Shown piece by piece: positions 11,872-21,331 of a DNA stretch of 64,000 bases. Both the position numbers and the translations under genes were made by a program. The DNA comes from Phyllobates terribilis (lineage: Eukaryota): assembly GCF_046119375.1 (NCBI RefSeq), contig NW_027362767.1:317068001-317132000 (forward strand), given 5' to 3'. Within the stretch, counting starts at the first letter, position 1, and every line of letters begins with the position of its first letter. The notes under the pieces were generated by a model. That model was not told the DNA's origin and searched no databases. It worked only from the letters and a program-made list of their open reading frames with translations.

Positions 11872-12788
11872 TACATTGGTCAAAGACCTGTCTTGTAATA
11901 AACAAAATGCAAGTGTGTGCCCATGAACTTGACAAATTTGTATTAGTCCTAATAAATTGCTAAAAGCAGAGATCTTGAAATTGTAAAGAATTGATACAGA
12001 ACATAAATTGTAAAATTGTTTAACTTAATTATAAAATGAATAACATATATTTGCTGAAAGTGATATACACCTTATAAGGACCTGACAGCTGACTCATGCT
12101 GCCAGAACCAAAGGCAGCATGAATCAGAGTTACTCAGGCGTAAATGTGTAAATGTATGTTTCCATTGAACAACACAGTATCTCAGAGTAAAACATCTCTC
12201 GCTGAAATGATAAAGCCAGTGTCTGATCCATCTTCTCCATGGTTCAGACGGCATGTATAAGCCTTCATGTTCCCTATAAGTAAAAACCCATTAATAAAGC
12301 ATCAATTTTGACATGATTTTGTAAAAACTACAGCCCAAACAGTGACATGAGTTCGATGTGTGCGTAAGTTTTAATATTGTGATGACAGTTGCTTTCCTTT
12401 AAGTAGGAAAATAATGATGTACATTATATAGACAGAAGTACCGTATATCACATCCGATTCTAAATCCATAGACATTAACATGAAGTTGGTCTCCCTGTTA
12501 GGCCCCCTTCACACGTCTGGATATTTCCGGTACTGGAAAAACCAGTACCGGAGATATCCGTGTCCCGTATCAGGATCACACGTACCAGCACTTGGGAATC
12601 AGCATTACAGTTCGCGCTGTTCCCAAGCACCGGGTACTGAGCGCTGCCCTCATCATTGTCCCCTGCTTGCACTGCGATCAGTGCCAGCAGAGGACAATGT
12701 CGAGAGTAGTATTCTGCTCCCTCTGTGTTCTGGTGTAAAAATAAGAATAAAATAAAAAAATTCTTATACTCACCTGTCCCTTGCTGTA

Positions 12789-13845
12789 TGTAGTGCCGGC
12801 GTCCCTGCCCTCTGCTAGGCAGGGACGCTGTTCCCCTCACCGCTCTGCTCCGTGCCCGGCGTCCCTCTCCCGCTCTGCTGGCAGCACGCGCTCCTTCCCG
12901 GCCACTGTGCTTAGGGCGCGCGCGCGCGCTCTCCCTCCCTCTTAAAGGGGCCGCGCGCGCCGTCCTAAGGAGTCCCCGGCCAATGGCCGGAGGACTTTAC
13001 CATATATAAGGCACCTCCTCCAAAATGGAGGTGCCCGAGCAATGTTGTTTGCACCTGTGTCTCACCTGTGCTTCAGCCCTCAGGTCCCGTTGCCAGTTAC
13101 CTGCCAGTTACCTGCCAGATTCCTGCCTGATTACTTGCTACCTGCCTGCTAGTCTGAGGTCCGACGGTCTGCCTTACTAATCCTGTCAGTCTGTCTAAGG
13201 ACCAGCCTGCCCGCTCACCTGGGAGCGCACATCAGCTACTTGCCTGTGGTCCGACGGTCTGCCTTCCAACTCCTGTCAGTCTGTCTATGGACCAGCTTGC
13301 CCGCTCACCTGGGAGCGCACATCTGCTACCTGCCTGCTAGCCTACCTGGAGGCTCCGTCGTCACGTGCTGTGACCACCTGTCTATCCAGTGACTCCTGCC
13401 CGCTCACCTGGGAGCGCTCATCTGCTACCTGTCTGCTTGCCTACCCGGAGGCTCTGCCGTCACGTGCTGTGACCACCCGCCTGTCCAGAGACTTCTGCCC
13501 GCTCACCTGGGAGCGCTCATCTGTCGCCTGTCCGCTGGTCTTCCTGGAGGCTCCGCCGTCACATGCTGTGACCACCCGTTCATCCAGAGACTCTCGCCTG
13601 CTCACCTGGGAGCTCACGTCTATCTTCAGCCGCCACAGGTCGTACCAACCCTATACCTAGAGACTGCCCCGGTCACTTGCCGTGACCTCCAGCCCGTTCA
13701 CTCAGAGACTGTCCCGTTCACTCAGAGACTGTCCCGTTCACCTGCTGAGACTTCCAGCCCGTCTTCCCTGGTCGCCACCCGCTCCCTTACAAGGACCGCC
13801 CCCTTGTATAGAAGCTCAGAGGTTCCGCCTCCCAGACCCGTTACA
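12789..13845 (+). repeat. 5' LTR of element B (1057 bp)
   Basis: Direct repeat of 18060-19124; CCAAT 12980-12984; TATATAA 13003-13009. Confidence 0.96.
12980..13042 (+). promoter_or_regulatory. LTR core promoter (CCAAT, TATA, predicted TSS ~13033)
   Basis: CCAAT and TATA seen directly. TSS inferred from the 30-nt spacing and from complementarity to the PBS. Confidence 0.7.
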
Positions 13846-13847
13846 GT

Positions 13848-13857
13848 TTGCTCGGGC
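13848..13857 (+). promoter_or_regulatory. Self-priming PBS of element B
   Basis: TTGCTCGGGC, 2 nt after the LTR, is the exact reverse complement of GCCCGAGCAA (13033-13042). No TGG-type tRNA PBS. Confidence 0.8.
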
Positions 13858-13858
13858 C

Positions 13859-14809
13859 ATGGAACCCGGTGGCACCCAAGCTCCCTCGCTCTCGGACCTG
13901 TGTCATGAACTGTCCCGTCAAAGGTCCCAACAGGAGTCCATTCTGGGTCACCTGCGGAATGTCAATACTCGCCTGGACACTCTGACTGCTCCACCAGCAA
14001 CCTCCGCCAGTGCCATGTCTCGCAATCCGGCAGCTCCACTGCCCACTAATACCATGGTATCTTACCCCGGACCCCGGCTTTCTGCACCTCCTCGCTTCGG
14101 AGGCGACTCCGCCCAGGCTCGGGGCTTCATAAATCAGTGCACCCTGCACTTTGAACTATTATCTCACCAGTTTAACTCCGACCGGGCCAAAATTGCATTC
14201 ATCATGTCCCATCTCACCGGGGAGGCCCTGGCCTGGCTAAATCCTCTATGGGAGAGAGGAGACCCCCTGGTATCCAACTTGCCTGCTTTTCTCACGGCTT
14301 TCCGGAAAGTCTTCGACGAACCCGGACGGAAGACCTCATCCGCATCATCTCTGCTACGCCTCCGTCAGGAAAGTCTCACCGTGGGCCAATATGCCATACG
14401 GTTCCGTACCCTTGCCTCGGAGCTGGCCTGGGATAACGACGCTCTGGTTTCCGTCTTCTGGGAGGGTCTGTCCGGCCGTATTAAAGATGAGCTTGCCGGT
14501 CGGGACATTCCTACCACTCTCGATGATTTAATAACTCTTGCCACCCGGATTGACCTACGGTTCCAGGAGCGTGCCAGAGAGGTCACCCGTGAGAGGAGAT
14601 TGCCACGTCTAGCTCCTACTTTTCAGAAACCCGTCACTCCTTCTGTCTCTTACCAGGTACACTCTCCTGAGCCTATGCAGGTCGACCAGACCAAGATGGT
14701 CAAGACCCGTCAGGACTTACGCTGTGCCGAGGGGACCTGCTTCTACTGTGGCAGTAAGGAGCACCGGATCCGTGCCTGCCCGGAGAGGTCGGGAAACGCC
14801 TGTGTCTAG
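13859..14809 (+). CDS. gag: Gag (316 aa), sushi/PEG10-like capsid plus CCHC knuckle
   Basis: gccATGG start; PPRFGGD..RGFINQCTLHF; CFYCGSKEHRIRAC. Confidence 0.93.
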   Translation: MEPGGTQAPSLSDLCHELSRQRSQQESILGHLRNVNTRLDTLTAPPATSASAMSRNPAAPLPTNTMVSYPGPRLSAPPRFGGDSAQARGFINQCTLHFELLSHQFNSDRAKIAFIMSHLTGEALAWLNPLWERGDPLVSNLPAFLTAFRKVFDEPGRKTSSASSLLRLRQESLTVGQYAIRFRTLASELAWDNDALVSVFWEGLSGRIKDELAGRDIPTTLDDLITLATRIDLRFQERAREVTRERRLPRLAPTFQKPVTPSVSYQVHSPEPMQVDQTKMVKTRQDLRCAEGTCFYCGSKEHRIRACPERSGNACV

Positions 14810-14852
14810 GTTCGCTCAGAGAGGTCCACCTAGACAAGAATAAATCCTCTCC
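14791..14852 (+). promoter_or_regulatory. -1 ribosomal frameshift signal (G GGA AAC plus H-type pseudoknot)
   Basis: Heptamer in the correct gag phase; 5-nt spacer; stem TGTCTAGGT/ACCTAGACA; loop GAGAGG pairs with CCTCTC at 14846-14851. Confidence 0.8.
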
Positions 14853-17800
14853 ATCCCTGCTGTTGTCAGTTTCAATCGTCTATGGGGAGAACCGTTATTT
14901 CGAACTAGCCCAACTTGACTCTGGAGCAGCCGGGAATCTTATCTCACAGTCCCTGGTAGAGAAATACCGCATCCCCACCAAACCTCTGGCTGTACCCTTG
15001 TCTGTTGCTGCCGTGGATGGGGGGCTCTTACCACGCCCCATCCAACTCATCACCGAATCCATTACTCTGCAGGTGGGAATGCTGCATTCTGAAAGTATCT
15101 CCTTCCATGTTCTGCCTGGACTCTCTCACGCCCTCCTGCTAGGTCTACCTTGGCTCCAGAGACATGCACCCGTTCTTGACTGGCAGACCGGTGAAGTCCT
15201 TCGCTGGGGACAGGGCTGCCATAAGACCTGTCTGGTTCCCGTCCATCCCGTCCGTCCTTCTCCTACCCCAGCTAATCTACCTGGACTTCCGATCCCTTAT
15301 TGGTCTTATGCTGATGTCTTTAATAAAAAGGAAGCAGAGACACTACCCCCTCATAGACCATACGACTGCCCTATCGACTTGTTACCTGGTACTTCTCCTC
15401 CCCGTGGGCGTATTTATCCATTATCCGCTGCTGAGACCCGCTCGATGTCCGAATATATTGAGGAGAATCTGGCCAGGGGATTCATCCGGAAAACTACCTC
15501 CCCGGCGGGAGCAGGCTTCTTTTTCGTCAAAAAGAAGGACGGCTCTCTCCGTCCCTGTATAGACTATAGAGGCCTTAACCAGATCACGGTGAAGAATAAG
15601 TACCCCCTTCCGCTCATTCCGGAGTTATTTGATCGTCTGAAGGGGGCTAGAATCTTCACCAAACTAGACCTCCGTGGGGCGTACAACCTGGTTCGTATCC
15701 GTCAGGGGGATGAATGGAAGACGGCATTCAACACCCGGGACGGCCACTATGAATATCTGGTAATGCCCTTTGGCCTCTGTAACGCTCCTGCCGTCTTTCA
15801 AGAGTTGGTCAATGACATCTTCCGGGACCTTCTCTACTCCTGCGTAGTGGTGTACCTGGACGACATCTTGGTCTTCTCTCCGGATCTCCAGACTCACCGG
15901 AGGGACGTTCGTCAAGTCCTGCTCAGGCTCAGGCAGAACCATCTCTACGCTAAATATGAGAAGTGCCTCTTTGAGCAGACCTCGCTTCCGTTTCTGGGCT
16001 ACATTATCTCTCAGACCGGCCTACAAATGGATCCTGAGAAACTGTCTGCCATCGAGAAATGGCCCCGACCGGAGGGGTTGAAGGCCATTCAGCGATTCCT
16101 GGGCTTCGCCAACTACTACCGCCTCTTCATACCACACTTCTCTTCCCGGACTGCCCCAATTTCCGCGCTCACCCGTAAGGGTACTAATCCCAAAGAGTGG
16201 CCGCCCGAAGCAGAGGAGGCCTTTCTTTCCCTAAAACAGGCCTTCTCTTCCGCCCCGGTGCTGCATCGCCCGGACGGCAACAAGCAGTTCTTCCTGGAAG
16301 TTGACGCCTCCTCCTCTGGAGCCGGAGCGGTACTTACTCAAAAATCATCTTCCGGGAGAATGGTAACTTGTGGCTTCTTCTCCAAACTCTTCTCCTCTTC
16401 TGAGCGCAACTATTCCATAGGAGACCGAGAGTTATTGGCCATCAAGCTGGCGTTGGAGGAGTGGCGTTACCTACTCGAGGGGGCTCTTCATCCGGTAATA
16501 ATTTACACTGACCACAAGAACTTGGCTTACCTCCAGCATGCCCAGAGACTTAACCCGCGTCAAGCCCGGTGGTCCTTGTTTTTTGCTCGCTTTGATTTTG
16601 TTCTTCATTTTCGCCCGGCTGACAAAAACGTCAAAGCAGACGCCTTGTCCCGATCCTTTCTGGTGTCCGATCTCGAGGAAGAACCTAAACATATCATCGA
16701 TCCCGCCAGAGTAATGCAGGTGGCTCCCGTGAGTCTAAATCGTCTCCCTCCCGGTAAGACGTTTGTTTCAGTACCTGATCGGGAGAAGATCCTACACTGG
16801 GGCCATTCGTCTAAGCTAGCTGGCCACGCCGGTCAGAAAAAGACCCTCCAGCTTATTGCCCGGCACTATTGGTGGCCTACCCTGCACAAGGACGTAATAG
16901 ACTTTGTTTCTGCCTGTGTGTCCTGCGCCCGCAACAAAGTCCCGAGACATCTGCCAGCCGGACGCCTCCTTCCGCTTCCTGTGCCTGCTGCCCCCTGGCA
17001 GCATATTGCTATGGACTTCATAACTGATCTCCCCGTCTCTGTCGGTTGTACGGTCATTTGGGTGGTCGCTGACCGCTTTTCCAAGATGGCTCACTTTATT
17101 CCCCTGCCAGGCCTCCCGTCTGCACCCGAGCTGGCTAAAGACTTTAACCGCCATATCTTCCGTCTTCATGGCCTGCCCCTCCACATCGTGTCGGATCGTG
17201 GGGTACAGTTCACCTCACGTTTCTGGAGAGCCACTTGTAAACTACTAGACGTCACCCTGGACTTCTCCTCCGCTTACCACCCACAGTCCAATGGTCAAGT
17301 GGAGCGGATCAATCAGAACCTGACCAGTTACCTCCGGCACTTCGTTAATGCCCACCATTCTGACTGGGTGGATCTCCTACCATGGGCCGAGTTCTCTTAT
17401 AATAATCACGAGAGCGAATCCTCCTCCAAATCCCCGTTTTTTGTAGTTTTCGGTCAGCATCCTCGGATTCCTTTTCCTGTCTCCACCTCTGTGGACAACC
17501 CGGCTGCGGAATCTCTCGTTAGCAAATTTTCCTCCATATGGGAGAGTACCCGGTCCGCACTCCTTCTGTCATCCGAGCGTATGAAAAGACACGCTGACAA
17601 AAAACGCCTGGATCCTCCACAATTTCGTCCAGGAGATAAGGTCTGGCTCTCATCTAAATATGTTCGACTCAAGATACCTTCTTACAAGTTAGGGCCTCGG
17701 TTCATCGGTCCTCTGGAGGTCATCAGTCAGATCAACCCGGTGGCCTATAAATTGAAACTCCCGGCTAACTTACGGATCCCTAACTCCTTCCATGTATCTC

Positions 17801-18216
17801 TCCTCAAACCCGTGGTGCTTAACTCTTTTTCCAAGTCTACAGGTACGCCTCCTGCTCCGGTTTCCGCTGAGGACGAGTTTGAGGTAGAGAACATTCTTGC
17901 TACCAAAAGGGTAAGAGGAAAGACCTTTTTTCTAGTAGATTGGAAGGGGTTTGGTCCTGAGGAGAGAACGTGGGAGCCCCGGGAGAACATCCATGCCCCT
18001 CTCATCCTTGCTAAATTTCTGTCTGGCCTAAAAAAGGGGGGGCCTAAAGGGGGGGGTACTGTAGTGCCGGCGTCCCTGCCCTCTGCTAGGCAGGGACGCT
18101 GTTCCCCTCACCGCTCTGCTCCGTGCCCGGCGTCCCTCTCCCGCTCTGCTGGCAGCGCGCGCTCCTTCCCGGCCACTGTGCTTAGGGTGCGCGCGCGCGT
18201 TCTCCCTCCCTCTTAA
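14791..18216 (+). CDS. pol: Pol (protease-RT-RNase H-integrase-chromodomain), probably made as Gag-Pol by -1 frameshift
   Basis: Frame open from 14758, in -1 relative to gag. LDSGAAGN, VYLDDIL, EVDAS, H..H/C..C, MDFITDL, SDRGVQF, QVERINQ, GPRFIGP, chromodomain FEVENIL..VDWKGF..TWEP. Confidence 0.94.
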   Translation, partial: GKRLCLGSLREVHLDKNKSSPSLLLSVSIVYGENRYFELAQLDSGAAGNLISQSLVEKYRIPTKPLAVPLSVAAVDGGLLPRPIQLITESITLQVGMLHSESISFHVLPGLSHALLLGLPWLQRHAPVLDWQTGEVLRWGQGCHKTCLVPVHPVRPSPTPANLPGLPIPYWSYADVFNKKEAETLPPHRPYDCPIDLLPGTSPPRGRIYPLSAAETRSMSEYIEENLARGFIRKTTSPAGAGFFFVKKKDGSLRPCIDYRGLNQITVKNKYPLPLIPELFDRLKGARIFTKLDLRGAYNLVRIRQGDEWKTAFNTRDGHYEYLVMPFGLCNAPAVFQELVNDIFRDLLYSCVVVYLDDILVFSPDLQTHRRDVRQVLLRLRQNHLYAKYEKCLFEQTSLPFLGYIISQTGLQMDPEKLSAIEKWPRPEGLKAIQRFLGFANYYRLFIPHFSSRTAPISALTRKGTNPKEWPPEAEEAFLSLKQAFSSAPVLHRPDGNKQFFLEVDASSSGAGAVLTQKSSSGRMVTCGFFSKLFSSSERNYSIGDRELLAIKLALEEWRYLLEGALHPVIIYTDHKNLAYLQHAQRLNPRQARWSLFFARFDFVLHFRPADKNVKADALSRSFLVSDLEEEPKHIIDPARVMQVAPVSLNRLPPGKTFVSVPDREKILHWGHSSKLAGHAGQKKTLQLIARHYWWPTLHKDVIDFVSACVSCARNKVPRHLPAGRLLPLPVPAAPWQHIAMDFITDLPVSVGCTVIWVVADRFSKMAHFIPLPGLPSAPELAKDFNRHIFRLHGLPLHIVSDRGVQFTSRFWRATCKLLDVTLDFSSAYHPQSNGQVERINQNLTSYLRHFVNAHHSDWVDLLPWAEFSYNNHESESSSKSPFFVVFGQHPRIPFPVSTSVDNPAAESLVSKFSSIWESTRSALLLSSERMKRHADKKRLDPPQFRPGDKVWLSSKYVRLKIPSYKLGPRFIGPLEVISQINPVAYKLKLPANLRIPNSFHVSLLKPVVLNSFSKSTGTPPAPVSAEDEFEVENILATKRVRGKTFFLVDWKGFGPEERTWEPRENIHAPLILAKFLSGLKKGGPKGGGTVVPASLPSARQGRCSPHRSAPCPASLSRSAGSARSFPATVLRVRARVLPPS

Positions 18217-19124
18217 AGGGGCCGCGCGCGCCGTCCTAAGGAGTCCCCGGCCAATGGCCGGAGGACTTTACCATATATAAGGCACCTCCTCCAAAATGGA
18301 GGTGCCCGAGCAATGTTGTTTGCACCTGTGTCTCACCTGTGCTTCAGCCCTCAGGTCCCGTTGCCAGTTACCTGCCAGTTACCTGCCAGATTCCTGCCTG
18401 ATTACTTGCTACCTGCCTGCTAGTCTGAGGTCCGACGGTCTGCCTTACTAATCCTGTCAGTCTGTCTAAGGACCAGCCTGCCCGCTCACCTGGGAGCGCA
18501 CATCAGCTACCTGCCTGCTTGCCTGTGGTCCGACGGTCTGCCTTCCAACTCCTGTCAGTCTGTCTATGGACCAGCTTGCCTGCTCACCTGGGAGCGCACA
18601 TCTGCTACCTGCCTGCTAGCCTACCTGGAGGCTCCGTCGTCACGTGCTGTGACCACCTGTCTGTCCAGTGACTCCTGCCCGCTCACCTGGGAGCGCTCAT
18701 CTGCTACCTGTCTGCTTGCCTACCCGGAGGCTCTGCCGTCACGTGCTGTGACCACCCGCCTGTCCAGAGACTTCTGCCCGCTCACCTGGGAGCGCTCATC
18801 TGTCGCCTGTCCGCTGGTCTTCCTGGAGGCTCCGCCGTCACATGCTGTGACCACCCGTTCATCCAGAGACTCTCGCCTGCTCACCTGGGAGCTCATGTCT
18901 ATCTTCAGCCGCCACAGGTCGTACCAACCCTATACCTAGAGACTGCCCCGGTCACTTGCCGTGACCTCCAGCCCGTTCACTCAGAGACTGTCCCGTTCAC
19001 TCAGAGACTGTCCCGTTCACCTGCTGAGACTTCCAGCCCGTCTTCCCTGGTCGCCACCCGCTCCCTTACAAGGACCGCCCCCTTGTATAGTAGCTCAGAG
19101 GTTCCGCCTCCCAGACCCGTTACA
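18060..19124 (+). repeat. 3' LTR of element B (1065 bp)
   Basis: Direct repeat of 12789-13845; preceded by the PPT. Confidence 0.96.
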
Positions 19125-21331
19125 CTGTAATCCATCTGATCGCTCATGCTGAGGAGCCAGGGAGAATGACTCACTCCAGCGAGTGGTGTCCTGTCACTCA
19201 CCAAGCAAGCACAGAGCAGGGGCCCGCTTGCTGCAGGAGTCATTCTCCCAGACTCCTCTGCGTGAGCGGTCAGGTGGATTACAGCGGGGGACACCTTCAG
19301 ACAGGTGAGTATAAGGATTTTTTTATTATAATCTTATTTTTACACCAGGACACAGCAGAATACTACTCTCAACATTGTCCCTTGATTGTGCTGATCACAG
19401 TGCCGGTAGGGGACAATGATGTCAGATGCCTGCAGCACCCGGGACTTGGGAACAGCGCTAACTCTATCGCTGATTTCCAGACTCCAGTATGATGAGACAG
19501 GGATGTCACCCATGTGTCATCAGTGTGAACGTGTACAGGAACTTTTGGGCCCAAGCTGAGAGAAAAAAAACAGACATGTCAGCGTGTTTTGCCCACGGAC
19601 ACACAGTCCGTGGAAACACACCAACATGTGCACAGACCCATTCATTTGAATGGATCCACGCGTGTCAGTGTCTTCAGTACGTGTGGAAATGGAAACCACA
19701 CATACTCAAAACATTGACGACTGAAAGAGCCCTTAAATAAATAAAATAAATTGCAGCTAAAACAGCTCCCAACCACAATCCCAGTTGTTGTGCACAACTC
19801 ATCTGCTTTGACCATTCACCAGGGTTGGACTGGGACAAGTCTATGCAGCCCACCACCACCTACATGGGTGTCTCTATTAATAATAATAATTTTTATTTAT
19901 ATAGCACCAACATATTCCGCAGCACTTTACAATTAAGCGGGGACATGTACAAACAATAAATTCAATACAAGGTGAGACAGTTTAAACAGTTACATCAGGA
20001 GTGAGGTCCCTGCTCGCAAGCTTACATTCTACAATGAAATGGGGGGACACAATAGGTGGAAAGTGCTTGTTATTTCAGGTCTGGCAATCATAATAAGTCG
20101 GGATTATCATATAAAGCTGTATGATCCAGTCATCAGCCTGTATGTTCAAGTGCAATACTCAATTACCAAGTGCAGTTAGAGACAGATGAACAGTAGGGAG
20201 CAGATTCTGAATAGTATTTAGGAGGGAAAAGGGGAAAGTTAGTTTACTGGGTATTTGAGGTGGTAGGCTTGTTTAAAGAGATGGGTTTTTAAAGCGCGCA
20301 TCAATCGGATCGTCTGGGGTAGAGCATTCCAGAGAACTGGCGCAGCACGAGAGAAGTCTTGGAGACGGAGGTGCGAGGTTCGGATTATGGGGGATGTTAG
20401 TCTTAGGTCATTTGTGAAATGGAGGGCACGTGTAGGACGATAGACTGAGATGAGAGAGGAGATATAAGGTGGTGCAGAACTGTGGAGAGCTTTGTGGGTG
20501 AGAGCAATGAGTTTATATTGGACCCTGTAGCGAATGGGTAACCAGTGTAATGACTGGCACAAGGTGGAGGCATCGGTGAAGCGGCTGGACAGAAATACGA
20601 CCCTGGCTGCCGCATTCAGGACAGATTGGACAGGGGAAATTTTGGTAAGAGGGAGACCGATCAGAAGAGAGTTGCAGTAGTCCAGACGAGAGTGAATAAG
20701 AGCAACAGTAAGCGTTTTAGCAGTTTCAAAAGTGAAAAAAGATCAGATTCTGGAGATGTTTTTAAGATGCAGGTGACAAGAGCGAGTGAGTGATCGGATA
20801 CACGGAGTAAAGGAAAGGTTAGTGTTGAATATGACCCCAAGGCAGTGGGCGTGCTGCTTGGGAGTTATGGTTGAACCCTCCAAGGTAATTTCGATGTTAG
20901 GTAGAGTTAGGTTAGTAGAGGGGGGAAACACAAGAAGTTCAGTTTTGGAGAGATTCAGTTTAAGATAGAGGGAGGACATGATGTTAGACACAGCAGACAG
21001 ACAATCCTTGGTATTTTGTATTAGGGTAGGGTGATGTCAGGGGAAGAAGTGTATAATTGGGTGTCGTCAGCATAGAGATGATACTGGAACCCAAATCTGC
21101 TGATTGTTTGTCCAATAGGGGCAGTGTATAGAGAGAAGAGGAGGGGGCCTAGGACTAAGCCCTGCGGAACCCCGATAGTAAGGGGATGAGGAGGGGAAGA
21201 GGAGCTGGCAAAAGATACAGTGAAGGAACGGTCAGAGAGGTAGGAGGAGAACCAGGAGAGAACGGTTTCCTTGAGGCCTATAGAGCGGAGCATAGTGAGG
21301 AGGAGCTGGTGATCCACAGTGTCAAATGCTG

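Larger units (their letters stand above)
12789..19124 (+). mobile_element. Ty3/Gypsy chromovirus LTR retrotransposon, copy B (full length, ORFs intact)
   Basis: TG..CA termini; 5-bp TSD CTGTA (12784-12788, 19125-19129); LTRs differ by 7 substitutions and one 8-bp indel; PPT 18030-18059. Confidence 0.97.
12501..19732. mobile_element. Palindromic TTA-flanked MITE (PIF/Harbinger-like) split by LTR element B
   Basis: tta|GGCCCCCTTCAC...GAAAGAGCCC|tta; arm ~12690-12779 is the reverse complement of ~19300-19390. Confidence 0.65.

Noticed and set aside
13370-13858. Leader ORF in LTR B and the 59-codon extension of gag
   Set aside because: GTG starts inside repetitive LTR sequence that also occurs in the 3' LTR. 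The ATG in gccATGG at 13859 matches the gag start of element A.
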